A stretch of DNA of 64,000 bases from an uncultured delta proteobacterium (GTDB taxonomy: Bacteria > Desulfobacterota > Binatia > UBA9968). Of this stretch, positions 39,087 through 48,974 are shown one piece after another. A program made the translations under genes and the position numbers. Numbering within the stretch: position 1 is the first letter of the stretch; every line of letters begins with the position of its first letter. The notes below the pieces were generated by a model. The model saw only the letters and a list, made by a program, of their open reading frames with translations, was not told the origin of the DNA and did no database searches. The stretch lies in contig CAWDPO010000025.1 in the NCBI GenBank assembly GCA_963804165.1, positions 32,001-96,000 of the forward strand, given 5' to 3'.

Positions 39087-39899
39087 ATGCTTGAAACCGT
39101 CACTGCAGATATTCCTTACACGATGGACACGGGTGAGAAACTCGTCAACGAGACGTTTGGCCCGAACAATATTCGTCGGAGTCGGACCGGATCTGACGAT
39201 CGGAAACGAATGGCGGTCAATAACGGCCGGTTGGTCGCCGATCGCTTATCGTTGGACGAAAATGGTTTCGTCTTCGTTGCGCACCAAACGAAGGTAGCTG
39301 ACTTTTTCGATGCCGAGCAGTTGAAGGCGGTGTATTACCCGGAGGTCGAGCAACTGATCAAAAAGATGTCGGGAGCTGCGCGCGTGGCGATTTTCGATCA
39401 CACATTGCGCTCGGGCGACGAGTCCGAGAGAGAAGAAAAGCTCATCCGCGAGCCGGTGCTGTCGGCGCACAATGACTATACGGAGTGGTCCGGACCCAAT
39501 CGGGTGCGCGAGTTTCTTCCCGACGAGGCCGACGAGTTGCTTAGGCGCCGCTTCGCAATTGTTCAAGTCTGGCGCGCGATCAATCAGCCGATTCAGGCAA
39601 ATCCCCTCGCGCTTGCGGACGCCAAAAGCGTCGCAATGGACGATCTGCTCGTGGCAGAGCGCCGCTACCCGCACCGGGTCGGTCAAACTTACCGCTTAAA
39701 ATACAATCCCAACCACCGTTGGTTCTATTTCCCCGAGATGCGCCGCGACGAAGCGCTGGTCTTTAAAGTCTTCGACTCGGAAAAAGACGGCCGCGCCCGC
39801 TTCACGCCGCACACTTCGTTTGCCGATCCCAACTCTCCGCTCAACGCGCCGCCGCGCCAGAGCATCGAAGTGAGCGCGTTCGCGTTTTTTGCGTCCTAG
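39087..39899 (+). CDS. CmcJ/NvfI/AsaB family oxidoreductase
   Basis: YYPEVE, FDHTLR, AHNDYT, VQVWR, PLALAD, TPHTSF, RQSIE. Confidence 0.85.
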   Translation: MLETVTADIPYTMDTGEKLVNETFGPNNIRRSRTGSDDRKRMAVNNGRLVADRLSLDENGFVFVAHQTKVADFFDAEQLKAVYYPEVEQLIKKMSGAARVAIFDHTLRSGDESEREEKLIREPVLSAHNDYTEWSGPNRVREFLPDEADELLRRRFAIVQVWRAINQPIQANPLALADAKSVAMDDLLVAERRYPHRVGQTYRLKYNPNHRWFYFPEMRRDEALVFKVFDSEKDGRARFTPHTSFADPNSPLNAPPRQSIEVSAFAFFAS

Positions 39900-39980
39900 A
39901 CTTGTCAGCGTTTCTCCCGAAGAGTGTCGAGATAAACCCTGATCATCGTCGTAAATTGCTCTTGAATAAAGGAGGACATC

Positions 39981-40763
39981 ATGGGTCTCGGCTCAACTAT
40001 CGCACGCGCAATCATGAGCGGAGCTATCCAAGCTGCTAAGGACGTTGCTCGCGAAGAAGCTAGGAGCAATCGCGGTAATCAATCATCACAACAGACACAC
40101 GAGGCGACTTCCTTGGCGACAAGTCGCCTTGCGGCTCCGCCGATGACGACGTCGCTTCGAAAGGCTCTGCGGGTCGCAGGCATCGTTGATGGACTGCTTG
40201 AACAAACCCGGAACGAGTGGTTGCCAGTATTCCGTGCGAGCTTTGGTGAAGATTCGCCCGCAAGCGAGAAAGTACAGCAAAATGTAAACGACAGCATCAA
40301 CAGGCTCTACGCGCACCTAAAAAATAAGGGGTTCCCCTGCGATACTGACGTAACTTTTTGGACCGCGGTGTCCGACATTCAGTTCGAATTAATGTTGCAC
40401 AAGGCTTTTCCGGAGGCCTGGGAGGACTGGAATGAGGAACTCGACAACATATTGGAACGTGCTGCAGGCGAGGCCAAGCGAATCGCCGGGGAGCACAGGA
40501 TGGAGACTGTAGCGAAGCTCATGCCGGACGGGCGTATGCCGATCGACGCTACGGTACTTAATGAACGGCTGATGCATGCCACCCGTGAACTGTTAGGACA
40601 GGTCATTTTGCCTGCCATCACGGGTGCTGGAATGGTGGTGGAGAACAACCCGGTGTTCACAGCTCGTTTCGGAAATCTTATTCCTAAAGCCGTACTCAGC
40701 GACATGAGTGAGTTTAGTAGCGAACTGGCGAAGTCGAGCAACGTTACGCAAAGCGAAAAATGA
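39981..40763 (+). CDS. Hypothetical protein
   Basis: Strong AAGGAGG RBS; 260-aa ORF; no recognised family. Confidence 0.65.
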   Translation: MGLGSTIARAIMSGAIQAAKDVAREEARSNRGNQSSQQTHEATSLATSRLAAPPMTTSLRKALRVAGIVDGLLEQTRNEWLPVFRASFGEDSPASEKVQQNVNDSINRLYAHLKNKGFPCDTDVTFWTAVSDIQFELMLHKAFPEAWEDWNEELDNILERAAGEAKRIAGEHRMETVAKLMPDGRMPIDATVLNERLMHATRELLGQVILPAITGAGMVVENNPVFTARFGNLIPKAVLSDMSEFSSELAKSSNVTQSEK

Positions 40764-40876
40764 CAAAGCCTCCGAAGGTAACTATTCTGTGACGAGTATG
40801 GGGGGCCGGAGGTGGCTTTCTAAACAGAGATTGTCGGACATCCATACCTAACTCTGTTGTCTCTCGTTAGAGATGC

Positions 40877-41827
40877 TTACAGGCTGTGTTTCAAGAACTT
40901 GAATGCTTCTTTTTCTGCGACCGGTGGAAAACGATGTCCCGCATCGTGTCGGAACCAGCCGATTTTCTTCGGTGAACCCATGGATTTCCAAAGCGGCATT
41001 GCTCCACGGATGAAAGGCCATGCATAGTCATTGTCATACTTACCACCGACAAGCAAAAAAGATCGAGGAGCAATCATTGCAAGCACCTGGTGATTATCAA
41101 GAGGAAACCCTTCCTCACGAATCTCTTGCCCGAGGTACCAAACGTCGTGCCAGTTGGAGAACGTTAGCCCTATCCCACCGTCACTGGCGACACCGGCCTT
41201 GACGCGCGACTCGAATGCCATAAGAAATAAGACCTCCTTAGCTCCAAGTGAATGACCAATGGCCCCAATTGTCTTTGCCCGGTAACGTTTTCCCAAAACG
41301 TCTACAGCACGAATCCCATCTTGGATCATCCGGCTGATTCCTTTCCACTGGGGATGTGCCTGCTGCATTTTTTTAACTTCTCTTCTATGGACGGTACGTG
41401 GGTCGATCGCAGGCAACGGACGCTCACCGTAGATGAAGCATTTTGGACAAATTACGACGTATTTTTCTCTTGCGAGCCGGGCAGCGATGCTGGTTTCTGG
41501 ACTTGGATCTATGGAACCAGCGGCTTCAAACGCCGTGGGACCGCTCTCGTGAAAAAAGACGATACCTGGGAGGTTGCCTTTAACTCCCTTGGGTCGTAGA
41601 AGATAGGCCTCAGTGGTAAGCTCCCGCTCCACAGGGTATTTTAAGTGCAATCGTTCTATTGATCTAAAGACCTCTCTTCGACCTTCTTCAATATGAATCA
41701 GTTTGTTGTCAGGCAACGGTTCTTTACCAAACAAGAATTTGGTCCACTCCGCTCGCCAATAGGGTATATCACGTTCGTAGATTACCTTTGGCGGTAATTG
41801 CAGATTCGTCTCTGGTTCTACCTTCAT
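40877..41827 (-). CDS. Alpha/beta hydrolase (dienelactone hydrolase/esterase-like)
   Basis: AYLLRP, GHSLG nucleophile elbow, SNWHDVWYLG, IAPR, GHRFP. Confidence 0.82.
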   Translation of the reverse strand: MKVEPETNLQLPPKVIYERDIPYWRAEWTKFLFGKEPLPDNKLIHIEEGRREVFRSIERLHLKYPVERELTTEAYLLRPKGVKGNLPGIVFFHESGPTAFEAAGSIDPSPETSIAARLAREKYVVICPKCFIYGERPLPAIDPRTVHRREVKKMQQAHPQWKGISRMIQDGIRAVDVLGKRYRAKTIGAIGHSLGAKEVLFLMAFESRVKAGVASDGGIGLTFSNWHDVWYLGQEIREEGFPLDNHQVLAMIAPRSFLLVGGKYDNDYAWPFIRGAMPLWKSMGSPKKIGWFRHDAGHRFPPVAEKEAFKFLKHSL

Positions 41828-42284
41828 AGTCTGCCCACACTACAATTGCTTCACGTAAGAGATCGGCTGCTTTGCAGCCTCCTCTCACTTGTACTTTTCT
41901 GTACTTTTCGGAAAAGTAGCCTTCTCTTCTATCTTGTTTTACTATTTATTCTGTTATTGGAGCTTGGCGTAAATTTTACCGGTGCGTTGATTGAACACCC
42001 ACAGCTGTTCGAATCTTCCAGTAATGGCGGTGACTTAATGTTGTCTTATAGGCGAATAAATTCAAGCCTAGGGACCTTACGAAGGATACCGCTCGTGATG
42101 CGATAACTTGCGACTGCGAGAGTGAAGGCCTGGAGCGGTTGTCCATGCAATCACTGCGGGTTTGATTCCCTACAGCGTATGCTGCGTAAGGATCTGATCC
42201 GGCGCTTTTAGGGTTTCATTGACATCAAGATTGGCGCGATGGTAGGTCTCGCTGAAGAATAATTTCACGCTCGGAGGCTTTCTT

Positions 42285-43403
42285 ATGGAGAACCTTTCGG
42301 ATCTGTTTCGCACCGGCCCTGACACGTTGAGTGGCCGGTACATGAGAAGTTTTTGGCATCCAGTCTACATCGCCGAGGATCTGAAAGCCGGCTGGGCGAA
42401 ACCGATCCGCATTATGAGCGAGAATTTCACACTTTATCGTGGCGAAACCGGAACGGCGCATCTGGTCGCGTTTCGTTGTGCGCATCGAGGCATGCAGCTT
42501 TCGGCGGGATGGATCGAAGGCGATCAAATTCGCTGTCGTTTTCACGGCTGGAAGTACGACGGCAGCGGGCAGTGCGTCGAGATGCCTACCGAGGACGCGG
42601 CGACGGCGCAAACCGCGCGTATCAGGAGCTATCCGATTCGCGAGTATCTGGGTCTTATCTTCGCGTATTTGGGTGAAGGCGAGGCGCCGGACTTTCCGCG
42701 TTATCCCGATTTCGAAGAGGGCGGCGAACTTTGGGTCGAGGCTTACACGCGCGCCTGCAACTTCGTCAATAACATGGAGAACGACCCGGTGCATATTCCT
42801 TTCGCGCACCGCGAATCCGAGCTGTTTCACAACCGGCCCATCGAAGTTCCCGCTAACGTGCAAGCCGAAGAGAGCGATTGGGGCATCATCATTCGCTCGA
42901 CGTTCGCCAATGGCTGGGTGCACATCAATCAACGCGGTTGGCCGAACATGACCTGCTTCAAATCGCCGCGTCAACAGCACCGCAGCCATCTCACCTGGCG
43001 AGTGCCGATCGACGACGACCATCACTGGAGCTTTCAAGTGGACTTGATGTATCCAACGGCCGACCCGGAACGGGCGAACCGCTACCGGCAGCGCCACGCG
43101 GCGCGCACCGGGAAATTGGGGCGATCCTACATCGAGTTGGGCGAAGCCGTGTTGCGCGGTGAGTTGCGGATCCAGGACATCGACGGCGATGACCGCCACA
43201 ATCTGATCTGGATTCAAGACTACGTGACTCAAGTCGGGCAGGGGCCACTTTCCGAAAGAAAGAGCGAACGACTAATCCGCGCCGACATTGGACTGCTGCT
43301 CTACCGAAGCATTTGGACCAGAGAGTTAGGAGCCCTTTCACAAGACAAGCCCACCAAAAAATGGATTCGCACCGAAGCGATCATGGCGAGCGAAGACGAA
43401 TAG
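42285..43403 (+). CDS. Rieske non-heme iron oxygenase, phthalate 4,5-dioxygenase/LigXa-like
   Basis: CAHRG...CRFHGW Rieske ligands; ENDPVHIPFAH mononuclear Fe motif; WRVPIDD; QD. Confidence 0.88.
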   Translation: MENLSDLFRTGPDTLSGRYMRSFWHPVYIAEDLKAGWAKPIRIMSENFTLYRGETGTAHLVAFRCAHRGMQLSAGWIEGDQIRCRFHGWKYDGSGQCVEMPTEDAATAQTARIRSYPIREYLGLIFAYLGEGEAPDFPRYPDFEEGGELWVEAYTRACNFVNNMENDPVHIPFAHRESELFHNRPIEVPANVQAEESDWGIIIRSTFANGWVHINQRGWPNMTCFKSPRQQHRSHLTWRVPIDDDHHWSFQVDLMYPTADPERANRYRQRHAARTGKLGRSYIELGEAVLRGELRIQDIDGDDRHNLIWIQDYVTQVGQGPLSERKSERLIRADIGLLLYRSIWTRELGALSQDKPTKKWIRTEAIMASEDE

Positions 43404-43977
43404 AGTCGAAACAGGTGTGTGAAGCCGCCATGCGCTTTTCATCGAAGGTCCGGGAAGTGTCGAGAACCCTACTTGCTGCTGCGCTTTTATTGTTTGCGTA
43501 CGGTGCTGAAACTGGCGCTCGAGCAACGATCTTCGCCTAGCCATCAACGTTCGGAAATGAGCGGAGGCTTGGTTTCCCAATCGCCCCGTAGGTTTAAGCA
43601 AACACTAAAAGAGTCAATGGCGCATCGGCGAAGTTAGCCGCTCGGGATTCTAAAAGGTCCGGTTCCGGAATGTGCTGCAGTTTGTTTTGAATTGCGAAAA
43701 ACTACAAACTTGCTCCCAGTTGTATCTAAAACGAATGATTTAAAACATCCTGCGTCTGTCCGCTCGATTCAAAATCAACGAGTCCTTAGTCGCGGCCATG
43801 CCGAAATCAGGACAAATGCCGCCGGATATTTCGGGAAGCTTATTTGCACCCTTGGATATTCAAAAAATGGTACTAAAAAGCGCTCTGGTGTTCTATGGTT
43901 TATGCTAGTATGTTTAACAGGGGTCAGCGCTGATCCAACCGCGACTGCGCGCTGTCGGCGCTGAAGCGAAGATAGAG

Positions 43978-44400
43978 ATGTCATCAAAAACCATTCTTGT
44001 TGTCGACGATTATTCCGACCTGCTCAAGCTTCTCGGCAGTGCGCTTACGCGTCTGGGTTGGGATCCGGCACTTGCCAACAGTGCCGCCGAAGCGTGGGAA
44101 CGGATCGAGCAAAACTCGCCGCAAGTTATTGTTCTAGACATGTGGATGGAAGGCATGAACGGTTTCCAGTTCGCGAAGAAGCTAAAGAAGCACCCTGTTT
44201 ATAGAAATATTCCGATCCTGGGCACGAGTGCGTTCGCCATGTCCAAGGCCGACGAATCTTCCTTTAGAGCTTGTTGCGATGATTTCCTATCGAAGCCGTT
44301 CGCGATTTCGAGCCTGCAGCAACACCTCACGGCGCTCTTGTCGACGGTGAATCAACAAGACACGACCGATCCGACAAAGATAGACAAGACAGAACATTGA
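43978..44400 (+). CDS. Single-domain response regulator
   Basis: ILVVDD, VLDMWM, FLSKPF. Confidence 0.82.
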   Translation: MSSKTILVVDDYSDLLKLLGSALTRLGWDPALANSAAEAWERIEQNSPQVIVLDMWMEGMNGFQFAKKLKKHPVYRNIPILGTSAFAMSKADESSFRACCDDFLSKPFAISSLQQHLTALLSTVNQQDTTDPTKIDKTEH

Positions 44401-44501
44401 CGCTTTGAGCTCTCTCGAAACGTCAACCTGCGACCGCGACCCTCAAAACAACAGTACCTAATTCTCGACACATCTAAATCGGTCTTGCCCGATTCCACGT
44501 C

Positions 44502-44680
44502 GAAGTGAAAGTTCGTCATGCCGGCCCCTTCGCCGGTGCCCTGGATAAACTCCGGCTGGCATCCAAGGTTCATTCTCGGTTCTGTCCAAAAAAGCGCTTG
44601 GATTCCGGCTTGACGCTGGAATGACGGAAACGCGAGTCGACTTCCAAGCGACGAATTCAGAACCCTTCGGTTTGGAGCCG
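44502..44680. repeat. Composite dispersed repeat, copy 2
   Basis: Colinear with 21175-21326, with a longer insert in the first hairpin. Confidence 0.85.
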
Positions 44681-44775
44681 GTCGTTGTTTCGTACGCCCT
44701 CGGCACGATGCAAAATCCCAAAATTCGTCTGCGCGTTTTCGTTGCGGCGCGGACGCCGATCTCTGCTCGCCGCGG

Positions 44776-45750
44776 TTATTTCTGCGCGCGTTGGTTTCGT
44801 TTGGTGCCGAGCTCGTCGAGAATCGACAAGTCGACGACTCTGTGAGTGCTGATCGATCCAAGTTTTTTGTCCATGTAGGCGGACATCCGGACGAGATTTT
44901 TAACCGCGTCGTCGGGTGGATAAAGCGTGACTTCGGAATTCGCGTGCAGGTACTGGTACGCGAAGTCTACGACCTGCGGGTCGTTGCTATTCAACAATTG
45001 AGTCAAAGCACGCATGCTGCCGTCTTTGTTCTCGACGAGATAACGCGTCGCATCGGCAAAGGCTTTGACGAATTTCTTCAGAGTGGATCGCTGGCCGGTG
45101 AGATAAGAGCGTTTTACAGCGATCGGCGCATTCATGAACGGAGTCGGGCGTCCGCGCAGCACGAAAAAACCCCGCTTCACCATAATCGGCTCGAGCAGCG
45201 CGTCGGCGAGCGTGGCATCGATTCCTCCTCTCATCAATGCGGCGACTCTTTCCTGAGAGCCGCCGCCCATCTGCAATAAAGTAAGATCCTTGACCGGGTC
45301 GAGGCCAGCGTCCTGCAGCAGAACATGTATAATCAGCCAAGGTTTGCTGCCGGCGCGATTGACGCCGACCTTTTTTCCACGCAGCTCGCGGATATCAGTG
45401 ATTTTGTCCCTGGTCACCCAGACATACGGTACCAGGTTGTCCCAGCTGCCGACGGCGATCACCTCGGCGCCTTGGGCGTGACTAGGAAGTAATCCCGTGG
45501 GCGCACCGCAGGCGGCATCGACATCACCGGAAATCAGCGCTTGATAAGTCGTCGGTGCACTGTTGATCCTGATCGTCTCGACGGTTAGCCCTTCTTTCTG
45601 AAAAAAACCCTTGTCACTCGCTACAAGCAAAGGAACCGCAGTCGTCGGGAACAAGGGAATCGCGACGCGAATCTTTTCCTGGGCGAGTACGGCTCGGGGA
45701 GCAAAGCCGAGGCTCAGCGCGATTATGACTGAAGCAAGCGTGATCTTCAT
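44776..45750 (-). CDS. ABC-type substrate-binding protein, NMT1/SsuA-like
   Basis: Signal peptide; KGFFQKEGL, ELRGKKVG. Confidence 0.87.
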   Translation of the reverse strand: MKITLASVIIALSLGFAPRAVLAQEKIRVAIPLFPTTAVPLLVASDKGFFQKEGLTVETIRINSAPTTYQALISGDVDAACGAPTGLLPSHAQGAEVIAVGSWDNLVPYVWVTRDKITDIRELRGKKVGVNRAGSKPWLIIHVLLQDAGLDPVKDLTLLQMGGGSQERVAALMRGGIDATLADALLEPIMVKRGFFVLRGRPTPFMNAPIAVKRSYLTGQRSTLKKFVKAFADATRYLVENKDGSMRALTQLLNSNDPQVVDFAYQYLHANSEVTLYPPDDAVKNLVRMSAYMDKKLGSISTHRVVDLSILDELGTKRNQRAQK

Positions 45751-45989
45751 GAAGACCTCCCGCCCTAGGCCTATGCCATTTCAGAGAGTCTTTTCAAGCC
45801 AAATGCTCTGCAGATTCGCGCTGCGTGAAATGTCTCATGCCGACACGATGCTCTGAGTCGACTTCTTCACCGCACATATGGCGAATCATGCGCCTCGATG
45901 CGGAATCGTTTTCTTAATATATTTCTCGCTCAGATTCCGGAGTGACTCAGGCGTTGACAGCATAACGCGGCAAGCGATAGGGGAGACGC

Positions 45990-46790
45990 ATGGATCTCAA
46001 ACTTCAGGGCAAGTTGGCAATTGTCACCGGTGGCAGCCGCGGCATGGGCAAGGCGATAGCGCGCCAGTTGGCGCGGGAAGGCTGCGACATTGCGATCGGC
46101 GCGAGGACCGAGGCGTCGCTGCGCGAAGCTGCTGCCGCGATCGCTCAAGAAAGCGGACGCAGGATCGTGCCACTTGTCGTCGATACGTTGAACGGGGAAT
46201 CGATCAACGAATTCGTCCGTCTGGCGGTCGAAGCTCTGGGTGGCGTCCATATCCTGGTCAACTGCGCCGCTCGGGTCGGCGGCACGATCCCCGACAACAT
46301 GGACGCGATCAGCGACGAGCAGATCGTCAAGGATTTCGAAGAGAAGTTTCTCGGCTACTATCGCTGCGCGCGCGCGGCGGCCCCGTATATGAAGCAGGCC
46401 GGTTGGGGTCGGATCATCAACCTAAGCGGCGGCGCCGGTCGCACACCGGGCATCGCGATCAGCACGCCGGCGCGCAATATTTCGTGTGTGGCGCTGACGA
46501 AGTCATTGGCCAACACGCTCGGGCCTTTCGGAATCAACGTTAACGCGATCTACCCGGGTACGACCATCACCGAAGCCGTGCTGGAGCGCATGCAGGATCA
46601 GGCCAGGCGCCAGAACAAATCGCTCGACGTCTATCTGGAGGAATTGCGCGAGCGAAGTCTGATCCGCCATCTGGTTACCGCGGAGGACATGGCCTACGTC
46701 GTCGTGTTTCTTTGCTCACCGCTGGCCGTCAGCGTCACCGGCGAGGCGATTGCGGTTTCCGGCGGCGCCAACGCGGATATGCACTACTAG
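45990..46790 (+). CDS. SDR family oxidoreductase
   Basis: VTGGSRGMG, ILVNCA, GINVNAIYPG; lacks a canonical YxxxK. Confidence 0.87.
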   Translation: MDLKLQGKLAIVTGGSRGMGKAIARQLAREGCDIAIGARTEASLREAAAAIAQESGRRIVPLVVDTLNGESINEFVRLAVEALGGVHILVNCAARVGGTIPDNMDAISDEQIVKDFEEKFLGYYRCARAAAPYMKQAGWGRIINLSGGAGRTPGIAISTPARNISCVALTKSLANTLGPFGINVNAIYPGTTITEAVLERMQDQARRQNKSLDVYLEELRERSLIRHLVTAEDMAYVVVFLCSPLAVSVTGEAIAVSGGANADMHY

Positions 46791-46877
46791 CGAGGGCTGG
46801 GGACGCCAACTTTTGTGATTCGAAATGACTTTCGGGAGGTCATCTCTCGGCTGTCCGGCTGAGTCCGAACTCTTTCA

Positions 46878-47967
46878 TCACCGCGCCAGCAGCTCCTTCA
46901 ATCGTTCCACGAGCTGCGGCGACGAGTCCATCACTGAGTTTGCCAGCGCTGCTAGTTTTTCGCCTGAAATGTGATCGAGGTCCCAGTTGCGTTTCTTCGA
47001 TTCTTCCAGGAGATCGGGTTCTTTGAGCGCTTGATCGTAAGCGTGTCGAAGTATTTTGAGCCGATCTGCGGCAACGCCGGGAGGCGCGGCGGTGACGTAC
47101 TGTCCGAAATCATCTGCGCCAAGCACTAAAGATACTAACCTTTGGTTCGATTCCGGCGTCTTGAATCGGTTCATCAGCTCGTAAATAGTCGGGACCTCCG
47201 CCAGTTTGGCGTTACGTTGACGTGGAGTCTGCACGAGGACACGGATAAACCCCTTCTTTTGCCAAGTCATGAAGGGTTCCCGGGCGAAGAACGAGGCGGC
47301 GGTCACCGATCGACACTGAACTTCGCCTCTTTCAATCGCCAGGTCTTGGTCGCTGCCGGATTTGTAACCCGTCACAATGCGAAATTTCACCCGCAATGCT
47401 TCTTCCAATAATTTAAGGTTGATGTAACTCGTTGCTCCGGGCGCGGTGGACGAACACTTGGGTGGCTCGCCGGCTGAGCGAATATCTTCGATGGATTTAT
47501 AGGGCGCGTCAGCGCACATGATCAGCAGTGACTCGACGTTCTGCGACGAACCGATCCAGGTGAATCTGCGCCAATCGAACTGCACCTCCTGGCGGCCCGC
47601 CAGTTGGTGAAAGTAGAGATTCCCGGAAATATTGCCAAGGGTCAATCCATCCGGCTTCGCCACGTTGTAGAGATAGTTCGCCGCGATCATGGACCCGTCG
47701 CCGGGCATGTTTTGCGCGACGATATTCGGTTTTCCCGGAATATGCTTGACCATGTTTCGCGCCAGTGCGCGCGCCCAAAGGTCATTGGCATCGCCCGCGG
47801 CCATGTTAACGATCATCGTCATGACTTTTGTCTTGATAGTAGCTGGTTTGCGCCGAGGCGGGATTGTAACCCGAGAAAAACCACGCGAATGCGCAGACAA
47901 AAATCTTAGTAGACAGCGGCGGGACTCGACTCGGAGGGATATATTTTTGCCTCTTTTTGAACCGCAT
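46878..47967 (-). pseudogene. Bug/TctC-like binding protein with frameshift after the signal peptide
   Basis: ...ASAQTSYYQDK joins VMTMIVNMAAGD..HIPGKP..NMPG..KPDGLT if one A is removed at 47826-47829. Confidence 0.75.
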
Positions 47968-48039
47968 CACCGCGCTCCGCTGGCACTCCAAGCGGTAACT
48001 CTAATCGCATTCTGCTCGGGATCGATTGGCTTCGATGTT

Positions 48040-48762
48040 TTATTGAATCTCCGGCCATTGCGACAGGAGTTTTCCGAACCCTGTGATCTGATCGCGCCGT
48101 CCGAGCCTCGAAAGCATAAACCAAAACATCGCCGGGTTGCTGGCGACTACGGGAATCTTGAAATCGTTTTCCAGCTGGTCCAATACCTCGATGGGATCGA
48201 GCACCGCGCCTTGAAAATAGATTCCATCGACGTCGGGCCGTTCAGAAATCGCTTGCCGCGCCAGCCCTGCGACGTCTTCGGATGAAAACTTGAGCGCGTC
48301 CGTGTAGTGGCCGAGCGTATGGCGCGGCGAGAAAGCACGGATGCGGAAACCGGCTAGGAAGTCGCGAATGAGTTTGTTCAAAGACTCATCAAAAGGTGTC
48401 AGCAGAAGCACATTGCCAACGGCTAGAGCGTGCAAAGCGGCAACCGAAGATCTTAACGCCGTCGCTACGGGAATCTGCAACGCTGACGAGAAGCGCGCGA
48501 ACAATTGCGGATTGAGCACTTCCCTCGGCGCGCCCGGAAAGATCAAACCATCCCACCGATGCTTCTCGGTAAACTCGACTGCATTATCGACAATCGTATC
48601 GAGCTTTCCTTCCAGATCAGCAAGCCGTCCGTCATGAAGGATGAGTTGCTCATAGATAATTTCAACGTCAGCAGGAATAAATGATCGGACTTTCTGCAGA
48701 TGCGAGCTTGAAGCCGGGCTTGGCCCAAGCCAGCCTAGTTTTGTCGGTGATGGTTTCGACAT
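48040..48762 (-). CDS. Maleate isomerase/arylmalonate decarboxylase-fold protein without cysteines
   Basis: IPVATA, LLLTPF, LENDFKIPVVASNPA, GFGKLL. Confidence 0.72.
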   Translation of the reverse strand: MSKPSPTKLGWLGPSPASSSHLQKVRSFIPADVEIIYEQLILHDGRLADLEGKLDTIVDNAVEFTEKHRWDGLIFPGAPREVLNPQLFARFSSALQIPVATALRSSVAALHALAVGNVLLLTPFDESLNKLIRDFLAGFRIRAFSPRHTLGHYTDALKFSSEDVAGLARQAISERPDVDGIYFQGAVLDPIEVLDQLENDFKIPVVASNPAMFWFMLSRLGRRDQITGFGKLLSQWPEIQ

Positions 48763-48974
48763 GGCGTATTGTCGGGATTGAATAGGAGTCCGGATATTAC
48801 CGCCGGTGAAGCTACCCGCTCATTTTGTGACCTTTGCATTATCTTTTGTTTCGCGCTTCAAACGCAATCTAAAAGTCGTGAAACCGGTCGAGTTTCAACC
48901 TTTCCCTGGGTTCCCAGTCATTCCTCCTTTCTGGGGGCTTGCGCGTCATGCTCGCGAGTGTCGCGCAGGCACGC

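Noticed and set aside
42225-43232. 335-aa minus-strand ORF
   Set aside because: Antisense shadow of the Rieske oxygenase
43404-43977. Riboswitch or ncRNA in a long intergenic region
   Set aside because: No recognisable conserved aptamer or tRNA-like structure by eye; an Rfam/Infernal scan would be needed
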